The translations under genes and the position numbers were made by a program. The notes beneath the pieces were generated by a model, which made no database searches, was not told the origin of the DNA, and worked only from the letters and a program-made list of their open reading frames with translations. DNA of 64,000 nt from Candidatus Eiseniibacteriota bacterium (GTDB taxonomy: Bacteria; Patescibacteriota; Microgenomatia; Levybacterales; UBA12049), in contig DASQJJ010000006.1 of assembly GCA_035631115.1 (NCBI GenBank), forward strand, positions 11,551 through 75,550, given 5' to 3'. This document shows positions 1 through 8,748 of the stretch, one piece after another (position 1 is the first letter of the stretch; each line of letters starts with the position of its first letter).

Positions 1-39
1 TAGTTTGGCGCAGCTCCAAGATTCCAACCTTTTCATCAC

Positions 40-80
40 TGCTATATATTAGTATAGCAAAGAAAAGCAAGATTTGTCAA
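40..80 (-). promoter_or_regulatory. sigma70-type promoter reading out of the window, with a palindrome over the -10
   Basis: Minus strand TTGACA (80-75), 18-nt spacer, extended -10 TGcTATACT (hexamer 56-51); inverted repeat TGCTATA-N6-TATAGCA at 40-59. Confidence 0.7.
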
Positions 81-84
81 CTTT

Positions 85-110
85 GAGATCCTTCACTAAC
101 GTTCAGGATA
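85..110. repeat. short REP-like hairpin that supplies the recO stop codon
   Basis: Minus strand ATCCT-GA-AC-GTTA-GT-GA-AGGAT, a stem with tandem GA mismatches; CCTGA(A/G)CG shared with the element at 8101. Confidence 0.5.
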
Positions 111-656
111 ATTGCTTAACGCAATTAATTTTGGCAGCATTGCACGGGTTTTTAGCTTTCTTTCTAAAATGCTTTCAATAACAGAAGACATCTGCAGTTG
201 CGCACTTCTTTCGGACCAATACCCAAGCGTTGTAAGAAGAGCAATTTCAAATTCATGGATTCTTTCGGCTACATTGCAGTCTCCGCACAAATCAAATAAG
301 ACACTACTCAGTAAATCAAAAACGTGCCCATTTTCCTGTCCTTCTGGACATAATCCATCTACCAATTCACACAAATGATACGCAAAACCAATCTTTGTTA
401 AGTCTTGTTTTAACTCGCCAAAACTTTCTTTTGTCATTACTTCTGTCAGAATAGGCATGCCCTTACCTTGATACAAGGACAAAATTGAATAGTTAAGAGG
501 CTCTATGTGAGAAGACCTTTTACTGGTAATTTTTCGAACCCCTGCTGCTTTTATAGACATTTTTCCAAATTTTCGGGTAAAAATGGTAAGAATTCTATCT
601 GCCTCTCCACTATTGCGGCGTTTTAAAACAATTCCTTCAACGACAATTCGATTCAT
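96..656 (-). CDS. recO: DNA repair protein RecO
   Basis: N-terminal EGIVLKRRNSGEADRILTIFTRKFGK..A.GVRK..SKR OB-fold signature; FEIALLTTLGY. Confidence 0.93.
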   Translation of the reverse strand: MNRIVVEGIVLKRRNSGEADRILTIFTRKFGKMSIKAAGVRKITSKRSSHIEPLNYSILSLYQGKGMPILTEVMTKESFGELKQDLTKIGFAYHLCELVDGLCPEGQENGHVFDLLSSVLFDLCGDCNVAERIHEFEIALLTTLGYWSERSAQLQMSSVIESILERKLKTRAMLPKLIALSNYPER

Positions 657-662
657 GGGCAG

Positions 663-2624
663 TTATCTTACGGCAAGATTGAGTGTTTTATCGGTATCGA
701 GAGTAAAGGAATCAACTTGTCTGTTTCCCACGTTTACTGTGTAGACGATTCCATCGGTTCCTGGTTGTTTTTGAATTAAGACAGGTAAGTTACTTGAGCT
801 TACCTTGAATGGCAATTCATAGCTTATCGTATATGTTGCTGCCCCTAGTGGGCGTACTGTTACAAATCCTTCAAAGACTGTTTTACCTAATTCGTCGTAT
901 GAGATAACTTTTACCTCCGAGCCAGTACTGCTTACCAGCTTACTTCCTTTTGGTACGTACACTCGTACAACGTCTCGTTGTATTGCATTTAGACAGAGTC
1001 CTCCATGCTCAAGATTACAATCAGATGGGGCGAATGGATTTTTGTAGCTCAGCGTTACTGTTTTGGTTACACTTCCATCGCCTTTTACTTCGTATTTAGT
1101 GTCTACACTTTCTTTAATAAAAAGGTTAGACTTTGCACCGCCAAAATTTGAATCATTTACATGAAGATAATCTCCTGTAAAAGCAACTATTCTCCCTGCA
1201 GCATTTAAGGATTCAAGGCCAGATTGTGCATCTTTATCTACAAGATTAAACATAATATGTTTTTGATTAATCTCATTAATCATTGTCTGGAATAATGGAC
1301 CCCAGTATAACTTTGGAGAAGAAGCAAATGCTTTTTGCATAATGGCATATAACAAGTCTCCAATAATACCTTTTCTGTTTGATTTAATATATCCAACGGG
1401 CGTATCCGCATATTCTTCCATAGCATAAATAACCTGTGCACACTTGCACTGTGGATCTTCTTTTGTGGTAAAGTGTCCACCATCAACGTCTATATCTCCT
1501 AGAATATTCATTGCGGCAACTAATACGTGCGTATCTAGAGCAATAATACCGCTTACTGGTACATATCCTCCTGCTTTTACGTAAAGCTTATTAAAATCTT
1601 CCATTGATTGCTTAAAGTCAGGAGACATATTCGTATCGCGTAAATTCCATAATGGCTCTTTGGGCAAGTATTTTTGAATAATGCGTGGAGATGCAGGCTT
1701 ATTACCAATGGTTGCGTCTAGATTATATATGTCACTTGACGAATCAACGTGAATAACGCCTTTTTCTAAGCGGAATATAGCGTATGCAGTAATAAATCCA
1801 CCCGTAGGACGCAGTTCTTTATCGTTTTGGAATAACACTAAATATTTTGTCTCTTTTGGCTCGCCAAGAAGTCCTGGCAATACTTTTATAAGAGGCTTTG
1901 CCTCATTAACAAATGTTGTTGCTTCATCAACACCTGTCCGTACTCCTTTTAAGGTATCTTGCACCCTTTGACCTCCTAAAAGTGCTGGGTAGTGACCTGG
2001 ATTAACCTGGTCAATTTCTTTTTGCACAAGATTTAGCTGAGCTCCAATCTCATCTATTTTGGGGGTTACTTTACTCATGGTTGTCACTGCTGTTTGAATT
2101 CTATCTTGTGCCGACCCTCCAACAAAACTATGTGCACCCTTAAGGCCTAATACATCCGCATATGGCTTAATACTATCAACCAAAATCTGTGCCGCCTGGA
2201 GACCATAGACACTTGCATTGGTTAAATGAAGTACATCTGAGTAATAAAAATTCATCAAAGGGACAAAATTGAGATATCCCATATTTTGGACAGATTTTTG
2301 CGTCTTAAGAAGCTCTGGTCTTACCGCTGCCAATTGAGTTGAGGCATCTTCAACATTCTGCTGTTTTAGGGATGCGATAGCAACCTTGGCAACTGCATAA
2401 GTCTTTTTTGCTTGATTGAGCGCTGCAAATCCAGGAATAATAATTCCAAAAAGGACAAATAAAACAACAAATCCGAGTACACCAAGAGCAATATAGGATT
2501 TTCTGCCAAGTTTTAGTCGTTTTTTTGATCTCATGCTAACAAAGTTTGTAGATGTTGTTTTTTTATTCTGAGAAGAAGCTTTCTCCAAATCCATTTTTTC
2601 AAATCCATCCATACGATTAATCAT
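663..2624 (-). CDS. DUF4012-domain membrane-anchored protein
   Basis: N-terminal TM helix, helical stalk, YLVLFQNDKELRPTGGFI, LRDTNMSPDF, N.GGAKSN and C-terminal IQKQPG motifs; start uncertain. Confidence 0.8.
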   Translation of the reverse strand: MINRMDGFEKMDLEKASSQNKKTTSTNFVSMRSKKRLKLGRKSYIALGVLGFVVLFVLFGIIIPGFAALNQAKKTYAVAKVAIASLKQQNVEDASTQLAAVRPELLKTQKSVQNMGYLNFVPLMNFYYSDVLHLTNASVYGLQAAQILVDSIKPYADVLGLKGAHSFVGGSAQDRIQTAVTTMSKVTPKIDEIGAQLNLVQKEIDQVNPGHYPALLGGQRVQDTLKGVRTGVDEATTFVNEAKPLIKVLPGLLGEPKETKYLVLFQNDKELRPTGGFITAYAIFRLEKGVIHVDSSSDIYNLDATIGNKPASPRIIQKYLPKEPLWNLRDTNMSPDFKQSMEDFNKLYVKAGGYVPVSGIIALDTHVLVAAMNILGDIDVDGGHFTTKEDPQCKCAQVIYAMEEYADTPVGYIKSNRKGIIGDLLYAIMQKAFASSPKLYWGPLFQTMINEINQKHIMFNLVDKDAQSGLESLNAAGRIVAFTGDYLHVNDSNFGGAKSNLFIKESVDTKYEVKGDGSVTKTVTLSYKNPFAPSDCNLEHGGLCLNAIQRDVVRVYVPKGSKLVSSTGSEVKVISYDELGKTVFEGFVTVRPLGAATYTISYELPFKVSSSNLPVLIQKQPGTDGIVYTVNVGNRQVDSFTLDTDKTLNLAVR

Positions 2625-2652
2625 ACGGAACTTTCACGTTGTTTGTCAAATA

Positions 2653-3318
2653 TTAGAGAGCACCTTTGCCCGAAATCATCGCCCATGGAGTTTGGAGAAT
2701 TATAGCAATATCATACATGATTGATCTTTTATGTACATACTCCGCGTCCATAGCAATCCTTTTATCAAAATTTATTTGCGACCGTCCACTCACTTGCCAG
2801 AATCCTGTAAGGCCAGGCTTTACCGACAACACGACTTTTACTGCATCTTTTGTGCTTGGGTAATTTTTCTGCTGATCTCTGAGCTCGTCTGGGTAATATG
2901 CACGAGGACCAACCAAACTCATATCTCCCATTAAAATATTAACTAGTTGCGGAACCTCGTCTAATGAATATTTTCTAATAATTCTTCCAACAGGGGTAAT
3001 TCGAGGATCGTTTTTTAATTTATAGCTTCCTTTTTTATAATCCTCAAAAAGATTGGCAAATTGAGGATTTTCCCTAAGGATTTCATGTGCATTTCGCACC
3101 ATAGAGCGAAATTTATACATTTTAAAAAGCTTTCCGCTTTTACCCACTCTCTGCGGGGTATCTGCCAAAATAGGTCCAGGAGAGCTTAACCAAATAGCAA
3201 TAATAACAATTATGATAACCGGAGAGAAAATAACAAGCAAGAAAAGGGCAAAAAGAATATCCAATAGTCTTTTTGTTGCTTCGTATAGTTGGCTTTTTTT
3301 CACTTCTTTCACTGGCAT
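2653..3318 (-). CDS. priming monotopic phosphoglycosyl transferase (Bac_transf, WbaP/WcaJ/PglC-like)
   Basis: KRLLDI, FKMYKFRSM, DPRITPVGR, SLDEVPQL, GDMSLVGPR, KPGLTGFWQVSGRS. Confidence 0.95.
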   Translation of the reverse strand: MPVKEVKKSQLYEATKRLLDILFALFLLVIFSPVIIIVIIAIWLSSPGPILADTPQRVGKSGKLFKMYKFRSMVRNAHEILRENPQFANLFEDYKKGSYKLKNDPRITPVGRIIRKYSLDEVPQLVNILMGDMSLVGPRAYYPDELRDQQKNYPSTKDAVKVVLSVKPGLTGFWQVSGRSQINFDKRIAMDAEYVHKRSIMYDIAIILQTPWAMISGKGAL

Positions 3319-3321
3319 AGA

Positions 3322-4407
3322 TTATGTTAGGTGCTCTAAATCTGTGCCATTTAATTTTTCGACAAATTTCTTAATTTTGGGTACAGAATCCTTTGGACAC
3401 ACGAGGATAACATCTTTTGTATTCACCACAATCATATCTTTTAAATCAATTCCCACCACTAATTGGTGGGTAAAATTGTACATAAGAGTATCTGTACAAT
3501 CTTCGACAGCAACTTCTCCTTTTGTGACATTTTCTGTTTCGGTATCTGACAAGGCTTCTTTAAGCGCTTCCCATGCTCCAATATCACTCCATCCTAAATC
3601 TATAGAAATAACTCTCCCAAAAGAGGGGTCCATCTTTTCCAAAACAGCATTATCGAAGCTTATTTTTTCTATCTTCGGGTACATTTCATGAAGTTTTGCT
3701 TCGTATGCGTCTGTGCCATATGCTAATTGGATTTCTTGAAGATCTTTAAAGAGCTCTGGAGAAAACTGCTTAAAAAGCTTCCACAAAAATCGTGGAGTAG
3801 TAACAAAATATCCTAAATTCCATCCATGCTTTCCATCTTTTACCCATTTTTCTGCCGTTGACAAATGTGGTCTGTACATAAAGCTTTTAAATGCATGTAA
3901 AGGAAAGTCCCCTTCTGCCTCTGTTGCATCTTCGAATTCAATATAGCCAAGATTTTGATTGGGAAAACGAGGCTTTTGGGCAACAAAAACTATTTTTTCG
4001 GGATTTTTTTTCACGTATTTTTCTGCAGCGCGTAAAACGTCTCTAAATAATGCCTCTTCCCGTACCAAATGGTCACTTCCCCATAAGAGTGCAATCGGCT
4101 CGTCTGGATTGGTTTTTTCAAAAAGGGAGGTTACTAGACCTACTGCTGGACCCACATCTCTCATCTCTGGCTCAACAAGTACGTGGTCTTTTGGTAATTC
4201 AGGCAACTGAAGACTTACATGATCTGCGTAATGCGCTCCTGTAGAAATATAAATATCATTCCATCCGTAGGTTGGAAAAAGCTTACCTACAGTAATCTGA
4301 AGCATTGTCTTGTCCCCTATTATTTTTTCAAATTGCTTCGGAGCATTTTTTCTAGAGAGTGGCCATAGCCTACTTCCAACTCCTCCTGCAAACATAACAA
4401 TCTTCAT
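3322..4407 (-). CDS. manC: mannose-1-phosphate guanylyltransferase
   Basis: FAGGVGSRLWPLSRKNAPKQF, EPEMRD, GSDH, ISFDNAVLEK, GWSDIGAW. Confidence 0.9.
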   Translation of the reverse strand: MKIVMFAGGVGSRLWPLSRKNAPKQFEKIIGDKTMLQITVGKLFPTYGWNDIYISTGAHYADHVSLQLPELPKDHVLVEPEMRDVGPAVGLVTSLFEKTNPDEPIALLWGSDHLVREEALFRDVLRAAEKYVKKNPEKIVFVAQKPRFPNQNLGYIEFEDATEAEGDFPLHAFKSFMYRPHLSTAEKWVKDGKHGWNLGYFVTTPRFLWKLFKQFSPELFKDLQEIQLAYGTDAYEAKLHEMYPKIEKISFDNAVLEKMDPSFGRVISIDLGWSDIGAWEALKEALSDTETENVTKGEVAVEDCTDTLMYNFTHQLVVGIDLKDMIVVNTKDVILVCPKDSVPKIKKFVEKLNGTDLEHLT

Positions 4408-5492
4408 AAATTTTTTAGCACTTGTTTTACTTGCTTTTGTACATTCTTTCGAAACTCTTTTTCGGTAAATCTTAGGGCTTCTTTTTTACAAGTATGACTA
4501 TTATACCGGCTCGCGCGAAACCTTTTCAATACCCCAACAAGACTGTCCACTGTTTGCCTGTCAAAAAATATTCCTGTTTTACCTTCTCTGATTATTTCTA
4601 CTGCTCCTCCTGCTTTGTAAGCAATAACTGGCTTACCAAAAGAAAGCGCTTCTACCATAGTAAGTCCAAAATCCTCTTTTCCAGGAAAAATAAGCGCTTT
4701 ACAATTGGCATAATATAAAGCAAGCTGTTGGTCGCTTACTTTCCCAGTAAAATGAACAGTCGGACCAGCAAACTCCTTAAGATACCGACTATCTCCATCT
4801 CCTACAATAACTAACGACGCATTTAATTTTGTAGCAGCCTTCACAGCTAAATCAATTCTCTTATAGCTCGTAAAAGGAGAGAGACGCGAGACAACCAAAA
4901 AATATCCCTTTTCAAAAAGTCTCGTCTTTGTAGCTTTTGGAATACGAGGAATTGATGGATATACAACAACAGATTCTTGACCATAGTATTTTTTTATTCT
5001 CCTGCTGACTTCTTTTGAAATCGCAATGTAGCTGTTGGGAAAAGAAGCAATATATCTATCCCATTTTCTTAATATCCAAATAAGCGGATATGTAAGAAAG
5101 CGAAAATCTGTATTGGAAAAGTATTCATTGTATCCACTCCATAAATACCTTGTCGGAGTAAGACAAATACATATATGCACTGTGTCCTTGGGAAGAAGAA
5201 TACCTTTTGCAAATTCACTTGTTACAGAAATAACCAGGTCGTACTTTTTAAAGGAAAATGATGCAAAGGCAAATGGCATAAGGAAGGGAAAAAGCTCGTG
5301 ATGAGATTTTATAAAAGGGATACGTTGCAAAAAAGATGTACGGACACGAAATGTCTTTGCCCACTGTGCTTTTTTCTTGTCATACACCGATGTGTATAAA
5401 GGAGCATTCGGAAAGATTTTGTGAAGGGATAATAATACCCTCTCAGCTCCTCCCCATTTATTAACACGATCATAGACTATTGCAACTTTCAT
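4404..5492 (-). CDS. GT4 glycosyltransferase (WbaZ-like)
   Basis: MKVAIVYD..GGAERVL; EDFGLTMVEA (EX7E); start reassigned to 5492. Confidence 0.9.
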   Translation of the reverse strand: MKVAIVYDRVNKWGGAERVLLSLHKIFPNAPLYTSVYDKKKAQWAKTFRVRTSFLQRIPFIKSHHELFPFLMPFAFASFSFKKYDLVISVTSEFAKGILLPKDTVHICICLTPTRYLWSGYNEYFSNTDFRFLTYPLIWILRKWDRYIASFPNSYIAISKEVSRRIKKYYGQESVVVYPSIPRIPKATKTRLFEKGYFLVVSRLSPFTSYKRIDLAVKAATKLNASLVIVGDGDSRYLKEFAGPTVHFTGKVSDQQLALYYANCKALIFPGKEDFGLTMVEALSFGKPVIAYKAGGAVEIIREGKTGIFFDRQTVDSLVGVLKRFRASRYNSHTCKKEALRFTEKEFRKNVQKQVKQVLKNL

Positions 5493-5521
5493 AAAAGTGT
5501 ATATGCGGGCAGTATTACCAA

Positions 5522-6628
5522 CTAGGCAGAGGTAGAAAAACAACTTTCATATAAAGAATATGTTAGTTGTGCCATTTTTTTCCATGAGAATGTCTTTGCT
5601 CTTTTTACTCCTGCCTCTTTTTTCTGATTAATATGCGTAACTTCATGGTTATACGCTATCATAAGTGTTTTGGCAATATTTTCTTTATTGTATGGGTCAA
5701 AATATACTGCCGATTCTCCACACACCTCCAAAAAGGAAGGAATTTCAGAGCAGAGGACAAGACATTTGTGATGCATCGCCTCAAGTGCTGGCAACCCAAA
5801 ACCCTCCATAAGAGATGGTGCAACCAGGGCTATCGCATGATGGTACATATAAGAAAGCTGCGAGTCTGTTGTGTGTTTGTAAAAAAGAATATTGGAAAAT
5901 TGTCGTTGTTGTATTTCTTTTTCTAATTTCTTAGAAAAATAGTCTTCTTTCCCAACCAAAATAAGATGGACTTCTGCGTGTGTTTTTTGCACTGCGGCAA
6001 AGGCTTCTATAAGTCTTAAAACATTCTTGTGCGGATAGACATTCCCAACATACAGAAAATATTTTTCTGGCACATCAATTTTTTCTTGTGTTTCAAATTT
6101 TTGGTCTATTCCTTCTGGTGTTATCGATACCTTTTCAGGTTGTGGGTGATAATGATCTATTATTTCCTGCTTGGTTGCACCACTAACAGCAATTATTTTT
6201 TGAGAATGGGCAATAGCATTTTTTAAGACAAATTTATATCCCACTTGCTTAAGGAAATATAACGGCGCAAATAATGTTGAAGCTTTCCCTGTTGAAAAAT
6301 GATCGATTATTAAATCGTGAATAGTAATAACAAATTTTCCTTTATACGAGATTGGGTATGAAAAATAAGGAAAATGAACAAGGTCTAATTTTTGCTCTTC
6401 AAGTATCTTTTTAAATTCTTTTTGCTCGTCAAATGTATGCCAGCGAATATCTGCCAAAACTTTTCTAAAATTCTCCCCAGGAAGCGGGACAGACTCATAT
6501 TCTTCCTTACGGAAAAATAATATATACTCATTTTTGGTGTCTATTTCTGAAAGTTGAAGTACTAAATTACGAATATATCGTCCGACCCCTGTCTCGTACC
6601 ACAACCGACAATCAATTCCAATTTTCAT
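5522..6628 (-). CDS. GT4 glycosyltransferase (MtfB-like)
   Basis: MKIGIDCR, TIHDLI, LYVGNVYPHKN, EGFGLPALEAM; start reassigned to 6628. Confidence 0.9.
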   Translation of the reverse strand: MKIGIDCRLWYETGVGRYIRNLVLQLSEIDTKNEYILFFRKEEYESVPLPGENFRKVLADIRWHTFDEQKEFKKILEEQKLDLVHFPYFSYPISYKGKFVITIHDLIIDHFSTGKASTLFAPLYFLKQVGYKFVLKNAIAHSQKIIAVSGATKQEIIDHYHPQPEKVSITPEGIDQKFETQEKIDVPEKYFLYVGNVYPHKNVLRLIEAFAAVQKTHAEVHLILVGKEDYFSKKLEKEIQQRQFSNILFYKHTTDSQLSYMYHHAIALVAPSLMEGFGLPALEAMHHKCLVLCSEIPSFLEVCGESAVYFDPYNKENIAKTLMIAYNHEVTHINQKKEAGVKRAKTFSWKKMAQLTYSLYESCFSTSA

Positions 6629-6629
6629 A

Positions 6630-7562
6630 TTATTTTGTATTTTTTTTGTGTAATGCATCTATTCCCTTCATCACTAACCAGGAAAGTATTGGGTGATGAG
6701 ATGAATAGTTTTTCTTGTAAAAAATTCTCATTGCGTCAAAGCGCCAGCCTTGTACCTTTTTACGAATGTCATTATTGGCTGTTGTAATATTTTGCGAGTG
6801 TTTTTTTATACCACTAGATACACCACCTAAATGTAAAATTTTTACATCAGGTACATAATATATTTTGTATCCTTCTTGCCACACGTCATAACAAAATTGT
6901 AAATCTTCCCCATAGAAAAAATAATCCTCATCCCACCATCCAATTTTCTCTCCAACATCTCGTCTTGTAAGCAAAAATGCTCCAACACCTGCAGGAATTG
7001 TGTGAATTCTTGCTAGGTCTTCCCATCCTCTGGTGTACCCTGCAAAGACCCGAGAATGAGGGAATAATTTTTCTAGGCCCGAAAAATGAGTAAATGCATT
7101 CCAGGGCGTAGGAAAGCCTCTATGCGACGCCTCATCTATTGCACCACTAGGAATTTCCACTCGACACGTACTTACTCCTGCATCTGGTGTATTGTCCATA
7201 AATTCAATCATTCGAGTGAGGGTTTTGGGATACACAATCGTATCAGGGTTAAGGAATAAAACATACTTTCCTTTTGCATACGGGACACCTTTATTATTTC
7301 CTGCAGCAAATCCAATATTTCCCCCATTATCAACAACATCAAAAAATTTTGTCTTTGTTGTTTTTTGGTATTCTTGAAACATTTGTAGCGATTTATCTGG
7401 AGAAGCATTGTCGGTAAGGATTATTTGGAAGACCCCAGATGCTGTTTCTTTTGGGTAATTAGTTTCAATCGACCTCACCGCCTCAAGAGTAATGAGTTTT
7501 GTATTGTAATTAAGAATAATTATGGACAGATGTGGTGTATTATTTTTTGATTGCTTCATCAT
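6630..7562 (-). CDS. GT2 glycosyltransferase (WbbL/rhamnosyltransferase-like)
   Basis: LSIIILNYN, DNASPD, NIGFAAGNN, FLNPDT, FFYGED. Confidence 0.9.
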   Translation of the reverse strand: MMKQSKNNTPHLSIIILNYNTKLITLEAVRSIETNYPKETASGVFQIILTDNASPDKSLQMFQEYQKTTKTKFFDVVDNGGNIGFAAGNNKGVPYAKGKYVLFLNPDTIVYPKTLTRMIEFMDNTPDAGVSTCRVEIPSGAIDEASHRGFPTPWNAFTHFSGLEKLFPHSRVFAGYTRGWEDLARIHTIPAGVGAFLLTRRDVGEKIGWWDEDYFFYGEDLQFCYDVWQEGYKIYYVPDVKILHLGGVSSGIKKHSQNITTANNDIRKKVQGWRFDAMRIFYKKNYSSHHPILSWLVMKGIDALHKKNTK

Positions 7563-8748
7563 ATACCTCCTCTAACTGTTTTGTAATTTTTTCCCATGAA
7601 TATTGCTCTTCAATTAATTGTCTCGCTTGTTTTCTTATTGTATTATATAGTTTTGTATTATCTAAAAGTGCTACAAGAGCACTGCACAGTTCTTGAGAAG
7701 TTTGCCCAATAAGTGCGTGTTTTTTATTTTTCGCGTTAAGTCCCTCTATTCCAAGCTGTGTTGTTACAACAGGAACCCCACTAGACATTGCCTCCAAAAT
7801 TTTATAGCTTGTTCCACCCCCAACTCGAATAGGAGACAACAGAATGTCTGCATGTTTATAAATATCTGATGTTTTGTGAGAAGCGTTTTCATCAAAAATA
7901 ATACTTTGACTCGCGTATTTTTTAATAGTATTTGGTATATGTTTGCCAACAATCAATAATTTTATTCTTCCTCTATTTTTATTTTCTCTTTTTTCTATAA
8001 GTGGCCATATGTCTTTGAGTATCCACAGTGCAGTATTTCTATTTTGAATCCACTTAAAGTCCCCCATAAAAAGAATTGTCTTCTCAACTTTTTTGTTTTT
8101 ACCCTGAGCGAGTGGAGCGAGTCGAACGGGCTTATATGGGAAATCCGAAAGATTAACGCCATTTGGCACGACTTTACTGTCTATCCTCATTTGCTTTGCC
8201 TCAACCTCCGATACACCAACAACCTCTGCTGCATTTTCCCATGCTTTTTTCTCCCAGTATTTTATTTTCTCAACATCAATTTGGAGAAGTGGCTTAAGAA
8301 GAAATGGCGCATTGTCAACAAATCGCTGATACACTGCATACTCTATGTTGTGCTCTACCAAAACAATTGGTACTGTTGTGTCAGGTACATTTTGTGCAAC
8401 ATAAAATGTCTCAATATGAACAACATCAAACACCTCATCTTTTAGAAGCTTTGTGAGTATTGTCTTCATATGTGGCAGTGTATGTCCTGCAAGAAGAAAT
8501 GGCAAAGAAGAAATGGCAGTTTTTACTACCACTTCCGCAGACCATTGTTTTTTTCTATCAACAACAAAAATTTCTTTACAGAATTTTCTTACAGCATCTA
8601 TGTCTTCTTTTGTTTGGTGTGTTCTTTTTTCGCAAACAAGCGTTATTTCGTGTCGCTTGGAAAGCTCTTTAATAAGATTAAATAGCCGAATGTGACCACC
8701 AGAAAAAAGTGGATACGGAAGAAATGACGAGACGATAAGCACTCTCAT
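7540..8748 (-). CDS. GT4 glycosyltransferase
   Basis: LPYPLFSGGHIR, EHNIE, VPNGV, GGGTSYKILEAM. Confidence 0.88.
   Translation of the reverse strand: MRVLIVSSFLPYPLFSGGHIRLFNLIKELSKRHEITLVCEKRTHQTKEDIDAVRKFCKEIFVVDRKKQWSAEVVVKTAISSLPFLLAGHTLPHMKTILTKLLKDEVFDVVHIETFYVAQNVPDTTVPIVLVEHNIEYAVYQRFVDNAPFLLKPLLQIDVEKIKYWEKKAWENAAEVVGVSEVEAKQMRIDSKVVPNGVNLSDFPYKPVRLAPLAQGKNKKVEKTILFMGDFKWIQNRNTALWILKDIWPLIEKRENKNRGRIKLLIVGKHIPNTIKKYASQSIIFDENASHKTSDIYKHADILLSPIRVGGGTSYKILEAMSSGVPVVTTQLGIEGLNAKNKKHALIGQTSQELCSALVALLDNTKLYNTIRKQARQLIEEQYSWEKITKQLEEVYDEAIKK
8101..8130. repeat. GC-rich REP-like element inserted in-frame in a GT4 linker
   Basis: ACCCTGAGCGAGTGGAGCGAGTCGAACGGG with internal GAGCGAGT x2, in an AT-rich gene; encodes PVRLAPLAQG. 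Confidence 0.65.
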
